Numbered from the stretch's first letter, positions 19,726 through 29,441 are shown. The stretch: DNA of 64,000 bases from Candidatus Bathyarchaeia archaeon (GCA_050014495.1 JBEKDF010000003.1:60905-124904), one strand, 5' to 3'. Numbers and translations are program-made. The notes: generated by a model not told the origin, from the letters alone.

Positions 19726-19801
19726 TGGTGCGGTCGCCGGGATTCGGACCCGGGTTTCCTGCGTGGCAGGCAGGTATCCTACCAGGCTAGACTACAACCG
19801 C
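19726..19801 (-). tRNA. tRNA-Gly(GCC), CCA encoded
   Basis: Reverse strand reads GCGGTTGTAGTCTAGCCTGGTAGGATACCTGCCTGCCACGCAGGAAACCCGGGTCCGAATCCCGGCGACCGCACCA; cloverleaf with GCC anticodon. Confidence 0.95.
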
Positions 19802-19846
19802 GTGCATCCAGAAATGTTGGGGGCTTGTATTAATCTCTTACCCTGG

Positions 19847-21811
19847 CTACTTCACGAGAAGTGGAAGCAGAAGAAGAGCCGTTAAACATACGAGTTTCAT
19901 GTAGATAATTAGGCTCGGTCCAGCGACATCCTTCATAGGATCTCCGACTGTGTCCCCTACAACGGCGGCCTTGTGCGTATCGCTCCCCTTCCCGCCATAA
20001 AGTCCTGTTTCGATGAGCTTTTTCGCGTTGTCGAGGGCAGCGCCACCGTTATTGAAGAAGACGGCGAGAGCTACCGAGGAAACCGTGATACCTAGCAGCA
20101 GTGCGACCAATGTCTCGGCGCCAAGGAGTAGCCCAACAATGACCGGAGGTATAATTGCTAATAGTCCGGGCCAGATCATCTCCTTCAGAGCAGCCCTTGT
20201 GGAGATGTCGATTGGGCGGGAGTAATCTGGCTCAACCGTCCCCTCCATGACACCGGGGATTTTGAATTGTTTTCGGACCTCATCGACCATTGTCATTGCC
20301 GTCTTTGCTGTAGAGCCAATAGTTAGGCTCGCAACTAGGAAACTGAGTGTGACTCCTACGAAGAGAGCTGCTATGTTCCAAGGGTTGATTAGGCTCAAGC
20401 TTTTCACGCCGGCAAGCTCAAAGTAAGTGATAATGACTGCAAAGGCCGTGAGAGTCCCTGTCGTCATACTGAGTGCCTTTGTATAGGCCTTCATGCTGTT
20501 CCCTACTGCGTCGAGGAGGCCAAGGTTTTTTTCCACCCCCTTCTCGTGGGCCATCTCGCCCACGCCGTCGGCATTATCAACAATTGGTCCGAAGGCGTCG
20601 GCTGACATAATGAAGCCTATCATGAGGTCTGTGCCTATGTTAGCTAGGGCAATAGCGTATAGGCTGTTCCCCGAGATGATGTAGCTGAAGACCGCGGCGC
20701 CAATCACTCCCGAAACGGGTATTATCGGGTTCTGGAAGGCGTAGGCCAGCCCCGTAATCAGAGTGATGGCAGGTCCCCTCTGAGAGGCCTCGGCTATCGT
20801 TCTGACGGGTTTTCCCCTATACCCTGTGTAATACTGGGCGACGAATATTGAGATTAGGACGGCGGTCAATCCACTAAGTATCGAGAGAAATATTGTCACA
20901 TCGTTGAGGAGATAAATTGAAAGAGAGTAACAACCGATAGCGCAGAGAACGAATGTTGTGACCAGTCCTACTAGGATGCTTCGACTTGGATCCTTCTTTA
21001 ATTGCTGGACAAGAAATACACCCGCCACTGAAGCGAGGTAACCTGCTACTGGTAGGATTATCGGGAAGATGATGGCGTTGTAGCCATATCGGCTCACGAA
21101 GGCGGCTCCCAACATCATACCGGTTATCATGTCTCCGCTGAAGCTCTGGAAAAGATCAGCGCCCCTTCCTGCACAGTCGCCTACGTTGTCGCCAACGAGG
21201 TCAGCGATCACTGCTGCGTTACGGGGGTCGTCCTCAGGTATTCCTTGCTCTACTTTTCCGACGAGGTCCGCACCTATGTCGGCGGCCTTTGTGAAGATAC
21301 CTCCGCCAACTTGAGCGAAGAGGGCAATTAGACTCGCCCCGAACCCGAATCCAACTAGGAGATTTGGGTCCTTTAAAAGTAGAAAGAGAAAAGTGACACC
21401 TGCGAGGCTGATAGCCGGCACGGAGAGGCCCATAAGGCTTCCCCCCATGAAGGCTATCCTGAATGCTGTATTCGCTGAGGTCTTAGCTGAGTCGGTGACC
21501 CTAGAGTGTACCTTGACGACGAGCCTCGTTACTGAATATGATGAGAGTATCGACATCACAGCGCCGAAGACGAAGGTTGCCGCTGCCTCCCACCCTAAGA
21601 ACCAGAATATTGCCACTGCAAGGATGGGAATGAATAAGAGGATGACCCTGAATTGGGTGTTCATGTAGGTCGAAGTCCCTCTCTGGATGAACTCTGAGAT
21701 CTGTGTGATTCGCGAGGGCTCAATCCGATGGCTGAATATCCAGCGGTATATCAGGGTCAGTAGCGCGCCTGCAAAGACTATCGTAGCGAAGGTGATCCAT
21801 AAGGGATTCAA
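19847..21811 (-). CDS. hppA: Membrane-bound ion-translocating pyrophosphatase, predicted K+-independent H+ type
   Basis: GGGIFTKAADIGADLVGKVE, EDDPRN, DLVGDNVGD and GDTVGDPMKD. GNSMKA carries Lys at the K+-dependence position. Confidence 0.93.
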   Translation of the reverse strand: MNPLWITFATIVFAGALLTLIYRWIFSHRIEPSRITQISEFIQRGTSTYMNTQFRVILLFIPILAVAIFWFLGWEAAATFVFGAVMSILSSYSVTRLVVKVHSRVTDSAKTSANTAFRIAFMGGSLMGLSVPAISLAGVTFLFLLLKDPNLLVGFGFGASLIALFAQVGGGIFTKAADIGADLVGKVEQGIPEDDPRNAAVIADLVGDNVGDCAGRGADLFQSFSGDMITGMMLGAAFVSRYGYNAIIFPIILPVAGYLASVAGVFLVQQLKKDPSRSILVGLVTTFVLCAIGCYSLSIYLLNDVTIFLSILSGLTAVLISIFVAQYYTGYRGKPVRTIAEASQRGPAITLITGLAYAFQNPIIPVSGVIGAAVFSYIISGNSLYAIALANIGTDLMIGFIMSADAFGPIVDNADGVGEMAHEKGVEKNLGLLDAVGNSMKAYTKALSMTTGTLTAFAVIITYFELAGVKSLSLINPWNIAALFVGVTLSFLVASLTIGSTAKTAMTMVDEVRKQFKIPGVMEGTVEPDYSRPIDISTRAALKEMIWPGLLAIIPPVIVGLLLGAETLVALLLGITVSSVALAVFFNNGGAALDNAKKLIETGLYGGKGSDTHKAAVVGDTVGDPMKDVAGPSLIIYMKLVCLTALLLLPLLVK

Positions 21812-21964
21812 TGTTCAAACCTTTGTTATTTCTAATAGGCAAATCTGTAGAGATGCTGGCTTAACATATACTCCTTGATGTGCCATTACTTGTTCGCTTT
21901 CGGGGTGGATCGAATTTAAAGTTTCTTATTATTTTTGCCTACTTTTGCCTTAATGAAAGCAAAA

Positions 21965-22501
21965 TTAGCTAAAACGACCCTGGCCTTCCCACTTCTTGAA
22001 AATTATCTCAGATGCAACCTCTGCAGCTATCCCACAGACCTTGGGACACCCCTCGTCACCATGTCCGCCGCAAGCGTAGAACGCTTCCCGTTGTGTGGTA
22101 TCTCGGAGGTCGTAGCTACGTCCGTAGATCCCTCTCTGGATGTCCCAGCAGATCGTCGATTTTAATGGCTCCTTAAAGCCAAACTCCTTCTCGACACGTC
22201 GCTGGAACTCGTTGGCTACCTTGTCGGCCTCAGCGCAGGCCGCCGTGTAGGCCGGTGTGTCGGTGATTCTACTTCGCCCCTCAACGAGGCCTACAGCCAT
22301 CAACGCCCCAAGTAGTGCCCCGCATGTCTCACCACGCCTTGCGACTCCTCCACTGAGCACCGTCGCCGCACGAAAAGACTCCGCGTCACCGACTCCGAGT
22401 CCTTCCTGAAGCGCAAGTAGCACAGACTGGCTACAGCCGCTATATTTATCGTAGAAGAGGGCGCGTCTCCTAATCTCCTTCACAAATACCTCGTCGACCA
22501 T
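21965..22501 (-). CDS. C_GCAxxG_C_C family putative redox protein
   Basis: GCSQSV, TCGALLG, TICWDI, GCPKVC. Confidence 0.85.
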   Translation of the reverse strand: MVDEVFVKEIRRRALFYDKYSGCSQSVLLALQEGLGVGDAESFRAATVLSGGVARRGETCGALLGALMAVGLVEGRSRITDTPAYTAACAEADKVANEFQRRVEKEFGFKEPLKSTICWDIQRGIYGRSYDLRDTTQREAFYACGGHGDEGCPKVCGIAAEVASEIIFKKWEGQGRFS

Positions 22502-22587
22502 GGGTGAGTGATGGGTGGTTTCCGATTTAAGACATGAGGAGGGGTATCACCAAGGTTTATATCGGAACATATCCGCTTCCTGGAGGA

Positions 22588-22926
22588 ATGATCGGCCTAC
22601 ATCTTATGCTCGACGGCTTGATGGGTACCCCAGTAACGAGTGAGATGGTTGACTCCATACTGCGCGAGCTCCCCGGTCGAATTGGCATGAAGATTATCGC
22701 AGGGCCAGTCGTCGTGGAGGGTAACCCCTGTAACCCCGGGTGGACCGGCTTCGTCGTAATCGACAAGAGCCACATTGCAATCCACACATTCACGGAGGGT
22801 AACCGAATCAGTATAGATGTCTATAGTTGCCAGCCCTTCGACGCGGAGGAGGTAGAGCACTACCTAAGCCAGAAGATCGCATTGACCCATCTAAACAAGA
22901 GGCTCGTCAACCGATCCGAGGCCTAG
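22588..22926 (+). CDS. Pyruvoyl-dependent S-adenosylmethionine decarboxylase-like proenzyme
   Basis: GLHLMLD, GWTGFVVIDKSHIAIHT and IDVYSC; start at ATG 22588. Confidence 0.8.
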   Translation: MIGLHLMLDGLMGTPVTSEMVDSILRELPGRIGMKIIAGPVVVEGNPCNPGWTGFVVIDKSHIAIHTFTEGNRISIDVYSCQPFDAEEVEHYLSQKIALTHLNKRLVNRSEA

Positions 22927-23090
22927 CGAATCTCAAACACATCTTCCAACCTCTGCTCCGCCTCCTGTGCCGAACGCCTTGCAAAGAGGAGGAATAAAAA
23001 GATTTAAACTGCTATGATTAGGCGCGCGTGGGGTACCCGAGCCAAGGTTTATCAAGAATCCTTCCCAAACCGGTGATAGGTGCAATATAC

Positions 23091-23594
23091 ATGAGCAAAA
23101 AGGACGCAAAGATGGCCGAGAAGTTCAAGGAGTTATCAGTGTTAGAGAACGACTACGCAGTTAAACTCGACACCGAGGTACGCGGTTACGGGAACGAAAT
23201 ATTCAGAGATATTATTGGCTCAATAGCCGTAGACAGCAAGAAGCACTCCGGCCTCTTCAAGGCATGCGCCGCCATATGCAACGGGGACAGTCTCAGCCTC
23301 ACGGAAGACGAGTACAACGGACTTGTCAATAGCCTCAAGAAACACGAGGCAGTCGAAGGCAACATGATAAAGACCGTCGACGACCTCCTAGCGAAGATTA
23401 AGGACGACCGCATCAGGATGATGCTGAATCATATAAAGGGCGACGAGGTTAGGCACCACCTCCTGATCAATAACCTGACGAAGATGGTGGCGAAGAGGGA
23501 GGTAATCCTAGAGAAGGATGTTTGGAACCAGCTCTTCAAGGACGTTCTTACACATGGCCATGCTCCGCCGGATCAGTTTGAGGAACCAGAGTAA
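23091..23594 (+). CDS. Ferritin-like/rubrerythrin-superfamily protein
   Basis: Repeated helical metal motifs LE...DSKKH and HEAVE...DEVRH; GGTGA SD-like site upstream. Confidence 0.7.
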   Translation: MSKKDAKMAEKFKELSVLENDYAVKLDTEVRGYGNEIFRDIIGSIAVDSKKHSGLFKACAAICNGDSLSLTEDEYNGLVNSLKKHEAVEGNMIKTVDDLLAKIKDDRIRMMLNHIKGDEVRHHLLINNLTKMVAKREVILEKDVWNQLFKDVLTHGHAPPDQFEEPE

Positions 23595-23769
23595 TCTAAA
23601 AATCGAACGCATAATTATGGCCATAAAATGGAAATAAATAGAAAATACGGCCCCTTTCAATAACAGGGGCTATTTTTTATGGGAAAACTTCTTTCGTCTC
23701 TTTATAAGGGTTAAATTTAAATAAATTCCCTCTCTTACTAACTATTGCTCGAAATAACCCCAGGAAGAG

Positions 23770-25161
23770 ATGTTACTGAATAGGGAAGATTATCTGCGAG
23801 TGGAAGCAGAGTATGATGGCAGAGGGTTAGAGATTAGGCTAAACGGGGATGCCTACAGGGTCGGTTATCCCACTGGGGTCTGGGGGAGCCTTGATGAAGA
23901 AGCGAAGAAGCTCGTCACTGACCACGTCGCCTTCCTCTCGACGAACTATCTACCCATAGTCCTCGGGAAGAGGGGTGTGATCTATAACACAAGGCAACCC
24001 ATGCTGGAGAGCTTCGCCTTCAAGAGCACCGTCTATGATCTACCCAGCAGCGCCCTCCTCGACGGTCATCCAGCCGTCGAATACATCCGGCGCTACTATA
24101 ACACCGACTTCATCTACGAAGGGGGTGAGACTGTTGTCTGGAGGAAGGGGTACAAGCCAAGGGATAGGGCTATAATCAGCTTTACTAGCGGGAAGGAAAG
24201 TCTCCTAACCCTAGCGGTATGTAGGGAGCTGGGTATCGAGCCCATCCTCGTCAACGTTGTGGAGCCCTCTAATCTCTACGAAGAGAAACACAGGCGTGGT
24301 CTACTCAAGAGGATGGCAGCCGAATTCGGTGTTGAATACCACATGATTCACCACGAACCCGGGGTCTTCCACGACGGACGCAGGATGGGGTACAAGCCAT
24401 CAAGCTTGGGATGGGGGAGCCAACTCCTCTACTATCTAGTTCTTTTCCTCCCCTTCCTGATCCACTCAAAGGCACGATACGTCTTCTTCGGAAATGAGAA
24501 CAGCTGCGACAAGGAGGCACCCCACCCCGAGGGATTTAGGACTAATTATTGCTACGATCAGAGCAGTGGCTGGACTCAACAGCTCGACAGCGCCGCCAGA
24601 ATACTCACAAATGGCTCGACGAGAGTCGGTAGCCTCGTAGGACCGCTGAACGAGATCGCTGTGACTAAAGTCCTACACGAGGGTTACCCCGAACTAGCGA
24701 AGTATCAGATGAGCTGCTTCTGCGAGGACCCACCAGCCGAGGATCACAGGTGGTGCTGTGCATGCAGCAAATGTGCGAGGACTAACGCCTTCATTCGGGG
24801 GTTGGGCTACGACCCTAAGAGGGTTGGGTTCTGGAAAGATATGTTCACTGAGGAACACGCAGGCCTCTTCTCCGCACTAAATGGCTCGCAGACCTTCGGT
24901 TTCGACCGCTCAGGGCTCGGAAGAGAGGAACAGGAGCTTGCCCTCTTTATGGCGGCGCAGAGGGAGCCAGAGAACAGATTCCTCCAGAAGTACATGAAGA
25001 CAAGCATCTATAATGGCATCTCCGGTGAGGGTGGGGCTGGAAACGAGAGGTTCCGCCGCGACTACGAGTTCTACATGACCCCCCAGCCATACCCAGCCAT
25101 CCCCGAGGAGCTCCGAGAAAGGGTCTACAACTTATACAACCGCATCCTACGTGGTAGCTAG
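23770..25161 (+). CDS. PP-loop adenine-nucleotide alpha-hydrolase, MurL/QueC-like, with Cys cluster
   Basis: SFTSGKESLL PP-loop, GNENS, GPLNEIAV, MSCF and RWCCACSKC. Confidence 0.6.
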   Translation: MLLNREDYLRVEAEYDGRGLEIRLNGDAYRVGYPTGVWGSLDEEAKKLVTDHVAFLSTNYLPIVLGKRGVIYNTRQPMLESFAFKSTVYDLPSSALLDGHPAVEYIRRYYNTDFIYEGGETVVWRKGYKPRDRAIISFTSGKESLLTLAVCRELGIEPILVNVVEPSNLYEEKHRRGLLKRMAAEFGVEYHMIHHEPGVFHDGRRMGYKPSSLGWGSQLLYYLVLFLPFLIHSKARYVFFGNENSCDKEAPHPEGFRTNYCYDQSSGWTQQLDSAARILTNGSTRVGSLVGPLNEIAVTKVLHEGYPELAKYQMSCFCEDPPAEDHRWCCACSKCARTNAFIRGLGYDPKRVGFWKDMFTEEHAGLFSALNGSQTFGFDRSGLGREEQELALFMAAQREPENRFLQKYMKTSIYNGISGEGGAGNERFRRDYEFYMTPQPYPAIPEELRERVYNLYNRILRGS

Positions 25162-25433
25162 TTCAACTCAACCTCGAGAGAGTATGCAAATCGATGGAGA
25201 TGCTTCCTCGACTCATATGCTAGACCAGCCCAGGTGACCCGGAACTATCTCCCTCCCCCTGAACATTTACGCACCATTTATTGTCTTGCACGCACTCATA
25301 GATAATGAAATTGAACTTAAAATATGATAATGTTAAAAGTTAGCAAGGGTTTTAGTGATTTTTATTTTAAATTTAGCAGAATTATCACATTTAAAAATGT
25401 TTTTAAATAAAGAACGGCTAAAAAAATCTAGAC

Positions 25434-25604
25434 ATGTCCGACGACGAAAAGAAGTACCGATACCACACCGTCAACCTCCCAGAGAACTTGGCTGCGAAAA
25501 TAGAGGAGGTGATCGCCAGTGGAAATCATGGCTACACTAGCGTTCCCGACTTTGTAAAAAGTGCCGTACGAAGATACCTCAGGGAACTCGGCTACCTAGT
25601 CTAG
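25434..25604 (+). CDS. Ribbon-helix-helix (CopG-like) DNA-binding protein, 56 aa (not in ORF track)
   Basis: Translates to MSDDEKKYRYHTVNLPENLAAKIEEVIASGNHGYTSVPDFVKSAVRRYLRELGYLV; typical RHH pattern; TTTAAA box upstream. Confidence 0.85.
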   Translation: MSDDEKKYRYHTVNLPENLAAKIEEVIASGNHGYTSVPDFVKSAVRRYLRELGYLV

Positions 25605-25782
25605 AATTAGACTCTCAGGCGTCTCTGGGTCGACAACTAGGATGCGCATACTTAAGTTCATTTTTATGACCCCCCATGGGTCATCCCAGATCGTTGTAAG
25701 TATTATTTGGTCATAGAACCTGGTGCCAAATATACTTAATACAGTGCTCGCATTCTAAGGGTCAAAAAAAAGAGGGAGAATC

Positions 25783-26025
25783 CTACTCCTTGATAACATC
25801 GATTTCAGTATCCGTGTGGATTTTGGATGGGAACTTGGCAAGGTAGTGCACCCACTCTTGCGAGACCGAGTCGGGGTGTTCTCTGACAAATTCCTCGTGC
25901 TTCTTACAGTGTCTCCCCCTGCAATTTGGGTCAGCGGAGATCAACATATGCATCCTGAGGGCACCTGGTCCTTGGTCGGTCTGGAGGTTACATCCCTCCA
26001 CGGGACAAACGTAATAAGTGTTAAT
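25783..26025 (-). CDS. Small protein with C2H2-like zinc-finger motif; start codon uncertain
   Basis: The frame extends upstream of GTG 26001 to give INTYYVCPVEGC...GALRMHM...RH. Confidence 0.5.
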   Translation of the reverse strand: MNTYYVCPVEGCNLQTDQGPGALRMHMLISADPNCRGRHCKKHEEFVREHPDSVSQEWVHYLAKFPSKIHTDTEIDVIKE

Positions 26026-26167
26026 TGACGATAATCAAAAGCCATTTGAACCTATAAAAAACGTGGCAAAACATCCTAAACAGAGATTACATCTATTAAA
26101 AGCAAAAAAAATGATATTTAACGTTTAAATATCAACGTTCCCCAACCGAAACCAAGTGAAAAGAACT

Positions 26168-26386
26168 ATGTCTTACAAAGTCGAGATCGACAGGGAGACG
26201 TGCATAGCCTGTGGTGTATGCTACGGAACAGATCCCTCCCACTTCGAAGGCGATTCGGAGAGCAAATCCAAGGTAATTGGCGGAAATAGCAATGGAAAAT
26301 CTGTAGGCACCTTCGACGACAGTGCTAAGGATGATGCCCAACGTGCAGCCGATTCTTGCCCTGTTTTAGCCATAACCATAACCTAA
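26168..26386 (+). CDS. Single-cluster ferredoxin
   Basis: CIACGVC ... SCPV. Confidence 0.9.
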   Translation: MSYKVEIDRETCIACGVCYGTDPSHFEGDSESKSKVIGGNSNGKSVGTFDDSAKDDAQRAADSCPVLAITIT

Positions 26387-26514
26387 ATACAACTCCTTAA
26401 AACAACAAATCATTAACAGTTCCTAGATGCGAAAATAGATCTACCTTAATTATGCATCTACGCGCGCTCCCGCAACAATTAAACATCCGCGGAACAAGTC
26501 ACACGCGACCCCCA

Positions 26515-27510
26515 GTGAAAGTCCTCTGTGCCGGAAGCTTCATGATAGACATTGTGGCTCCCCACTTACCAGCCATCACTCCTCCGGGAGGCCTCATCTA
26601 TGCTCCGAAGGGGATAACACTAAGCATAGGAGGCCACGCCGTCAACGTCAGTGTTGACCTTGCCCAGCTGGGACAAAGCGGCGTCGCAGCAGCTGGCTGC
26701 ATTGGAGATGACATTCTTGGGAGGTACATACAGGAGACACTAGGAGCCATTGGGGTTGAAGCACGCCCCCAGGTGCTCAAATCCACACCGACAGCGAAGA
26801 ACATTGCACTCACGGTGGAGGGGGAAGACCGACGGTTCATAGCCGAGCTGGCAGCAAACACACTGCTCACCCCGGATCACATCGAATTCCTCCTCACGGA
26901 GCGACCGCGTATTTTCTTCCTTGGTACTATTGGGGGCCTAAAGTACATCGATGCAAATCTTAAGAGTCTCTTGGCTGTCGCTCACGCCTCTGGAGCCACC
27001 ACCGTCGTTGATGTTATACAACCGACAGAGCCGGACTGGAGTCATCTCACGAGGGCGATGAATGGCATCGATATTCTCCACCTCAATGAGGAGGAGGCAC
27101 ACCAAGTTACCGGGCTCGTTGACCCAATTTCCGCAGCGAGAAGACTCAGAACTGGAGGAGCCAACACGATAATCGTCACGAAGGGCTCCTCTGGCCTCTT
27201 TGCCCTGCGAGGTGATGCGGAGATTATCATGCCTGGCTTCAGGATCGAGGAGGTTGACGCGACGGGAGCGGGGGACGCCCTCTGTGCCGGGCTCATCCAC
27301 AGTCTCATGGAGACGGGTAACCCCTCCGAAGCCTCAGAGGACGAGTTCATACATGCTTTACTCGAGGGACAGGCAGCGGGCGCGGCCTGTGTTACCTCCG
27401 CGGGGGCTACGACGTCCGTCAACTCCAAAAGCGTCAAGGCCCTGCTCCGGGAGCAGGGGGAAGCGATCTTGAACTCGGCCACTCTACGTCGAGGAAATAT
27501 ATCGAAGTGA
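26515..27510 (+). CDS. PfkB family carbohydrate kinase
   Basis: GGHAVN, IGDDILG, LNEEEA, VTKG and DATGAGD; start at GTG 26515. Confidence 0.9.
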   Translation: MKVLCAGSFMIDIVAPHLPAITPPGGLIYAPKGITLSIGGHAVNVSVDLAQLGQSGVAAAGCIGDDILGRYIQETLGAIGVEARPQVLKSTPTAKNIALTVEGEDRRFIAELAANTLLTPDHIEFLLTERPRIFFLGTIGGLKYIDANLKSLLAVAHASGATTVVDVIQPTEPDWSHLTRAMNGIDILHLNEEEAHQVTGLVDPISAARRLRTGGANTIIVTKGSSGLFALRGDAEIIMPGFRIEEVDATGAGDALCAGLIHSLMETGNPSEASEDEFIHALLEGQAAGAACVTSAGATTSVNSKSVKALLREQGEAILNSATLRRGNISK

Positions 27511-28211
27511 CTGCTATGATTGAAGGGGGGCGAAGGATACCCACGGGCTCGGCAAGTCTAGACACCCTTCTATCTGGTGGCCTAGCCATGGGAGGAGTCA
27601 CCTTCGCATATGGTGAGCCCGCCACCGGTAAGACAACCCTCGCCATCAGCGCTGCAGCCAACCTCTTCCGACTCAATCACGCCGCCAAAGTATTATACAT
27701 AGATTCGGACGCGAAGTTCACTCCCACACGACTCACACAGATGACTGGGGAAGAGGTAAGCCTCAGACGTCTCGTCTACATTCGTCCATCGACCTTCGAG
27801 GAACAAGCTGACTCCATAGACAACCTCCCAGACCAACTACAGCATGGCGACCTCGTATGCGTTGACTCCGTCACAGGTTTGTACAGAGTCGAGACGGGAG
27901 ATACGCAGAAGACATTCTCAGAGAATAAGGAACTGAACAGACAGCTCGGCTCCCTTAAGGAGACTGCTCTCACAATAGGTGTCGCAGTCTTGCTCACGGG
28001 ACAGGTGAGGAGTGTCCTCGACTCCCCTGTACCCGCCATCGAACCAGTCGCACAGCGCCTCCTCCGATATTGGAGCGACACAGTCATTAGGATCGATAGC
28101 ACAGCGACCCAGGGAGTAAAACAGGTCACTCTCGAGAAACCGGAGGTCCTCAGGGGAGCGACTAGAGTCGCGATAACTCAGACGGGAATAGGAGAGGAGC
28201 AGCGTTGGTAG
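27507..28211 (+). CDS. radB: RadB-like RecA-family protein
   Basis: IPTGS.SLD.LL.GG, GEPATGKT, YIDSD, VDSVT, TGQVR, YWSD; lacks the RadA N-terminal domain. Confidence 0.8.
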   Translation: MTAMIEGGRRIPTGSASLDTLLSGGLAMGGVTFAYGEPATGKTTLAISAAANLFRLNHAAKVLYIDSDAKFTPTRLTQMTGEEVSLRRLVYIRPSTFEEQADSIDNLPDQLQHGDLVCVDSVTGLYRVETGDTQKTFSENKELNRQLGSLKETALTIGVAVLLTGQVRSVLDSPVPAIEPVAQRLLRYWSDTVIRIDSTATQGVKQVTLEKPEVLRGATRVAITQTGIGEEQRW

Positions 28212-28690
28212 ATCCGGTCATCTGGTTCTTAGATACGATATGGCTCTTCCTGCCTGCCTACTTCGCCAACGCGGCCCCTGTTCTCCTACACGGTGGCGGA
28301 CCCCTCGACAGGGGAAGGAGTTGGAGTGATGGGAAGCGGATCCTCGGTGATCATAAGACCGTCTTCGGCACACTCGCGGGAATAGCCGTCGGGTCTCTCT
28401 TCGCATTAGCTCAGGGGAATTTCCTGCAGGGATCGCTCTTCGCTATAGGCGCGATAGGCGGTGACCTTGTCTTCGCGTTCATAAAGCGGCGATTGGGACT
28501 AGAGCCAGGCAAGCCTCTTCCCCTATGGGATCAGGTTGGCTTCATCATCCTAGCCATCTTTCTAGGGAGTCTAGTTATGCCTAGCCCCACGTGGCAACAG
28601 GATGTCGCCATGATTGTAACGACTATCCCGGTACATTATGTTTCTAACCTCTTCGCATGGGGGCTAAATTGGAAGAAGGAACCATGGTAG
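28205..28690 (+). CDS. carS: CDP-archaeol synthase
   Basis: PAYFANAAPV, PLD.G....DGKRILGDHKT, GDL..AFIKRR, WDQ, KKEPW. Confidence 0.92.
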   Translation: MVDPVIWFLDTIWLFLPAYFANAAPVLLHGGGPLDRGRSWSDGKRILGDHKTVFGTLAGIAVGSLFALAQGNFLQGSLFAIGAIGGDLVFAFIKRRLGLEPGKPLPLWDQVGFIILAIFLGSLVMPSPTWQQDVAMIVTTIPVHYVSNLFAWGLNWKKEPW

Positions 28691-28737
28691 AAACAGATGA
28701 TGCATTGACAAAGACCCTTAAAACATCGTTCAAGACA

Positions 28738-28755
28738 TTAGAACAGCCGTTCTAA
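28738..28755. promoter_or_regulatory. Perfect inverted repeat TTAGAAC-N4-GTTCTAA, candidate operator
   Basis: Read directly; lies just upstream of a TTTAAA box in the carS-RHH intergenic region. Confidence 0.45.
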
Positions 28756-28874
28756 ACCCTCTCTTTAAATGGGTTGACCCCCATTATCTACTTCGGAAAA
28801 ATGGAAAATCGGTAAAGGTTTTACGCACGTAGGAGCATTAATCGAATTGGAAACTTCGGACCAGGAGGCAGTGC

Positions 28875-29441
28875 TTGTCTAAGCGTAAGATGCTGGCTGC
28901 GGAGGAGGACCTGGCTAACAAGGTCGCTGAGCTGGCGGAGAAGCGCGGCCTCACGGTCTATCAGACCGTGAACGATATCCTCGAGCAAGCGATCCGGGCA
29001 GAGGAGCAAGGCCTCAACCTGAAGGAGGCTGTTGACCGCCGAGGTGACATGGAGCATGCCCGCGAGATGGGTCTAACCTTCACAGTTGAGCACCTATACT
29101 ACCAGGTCGTTGACGCCGCTTATAGCAAGGATAAAGAGAGGATTCGTCAACTCTGGAGCGACATGGGCTTGTGGTACGGCAAGTACTTCAAGAACAAGGG
29201 AGGCGAGCCCGTCAAGGGCCTCACCGAGGCCCTCGGCTTCCTTACCCACGGCAGCCAATTCACAGCTGAGAGGGGGAAGCCGGACGAACTCATAGTCAGC
29301 TGCATAAACGAGCGCTACTCGAGGGGCTACACTGAGGTCTTCGCAACCTTTATTGAGGCGGCATTCCAAGTCCTCGGTTATAAGACCTTGGAGAATGAGG
29401 CTAGCCGAGGGATAATACGGATACGACTCGCGAAGGAGTGA
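28875..29441 (+). CDS. N-terminal RHH-like domain plus V4R-like C-terminal domain protein (paralog 1)
   Basis: KMLAAEEDLANKVAELAEKRGLTVYQTVNDILEQAI; W..MGLWYGKY motif shared with the next gene. Confidence 0.6.
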   Translation: MSKRKMLAAEEDLANKVAELAEKRGLTVYQTVNDILEQAIRAEEQGLNLKEAVDRRGDMEHAREMGLTFTVEHLYYQVVDAAYSKDKERIRQLWSDMGLWYGKYFKNKGGEPVKGLTEALGFLTHGSQFTAERGKPDELIVSCINERYSRGYTEVFATFIEAAFQVLGYKTLENEASRGIIRIRLAKE

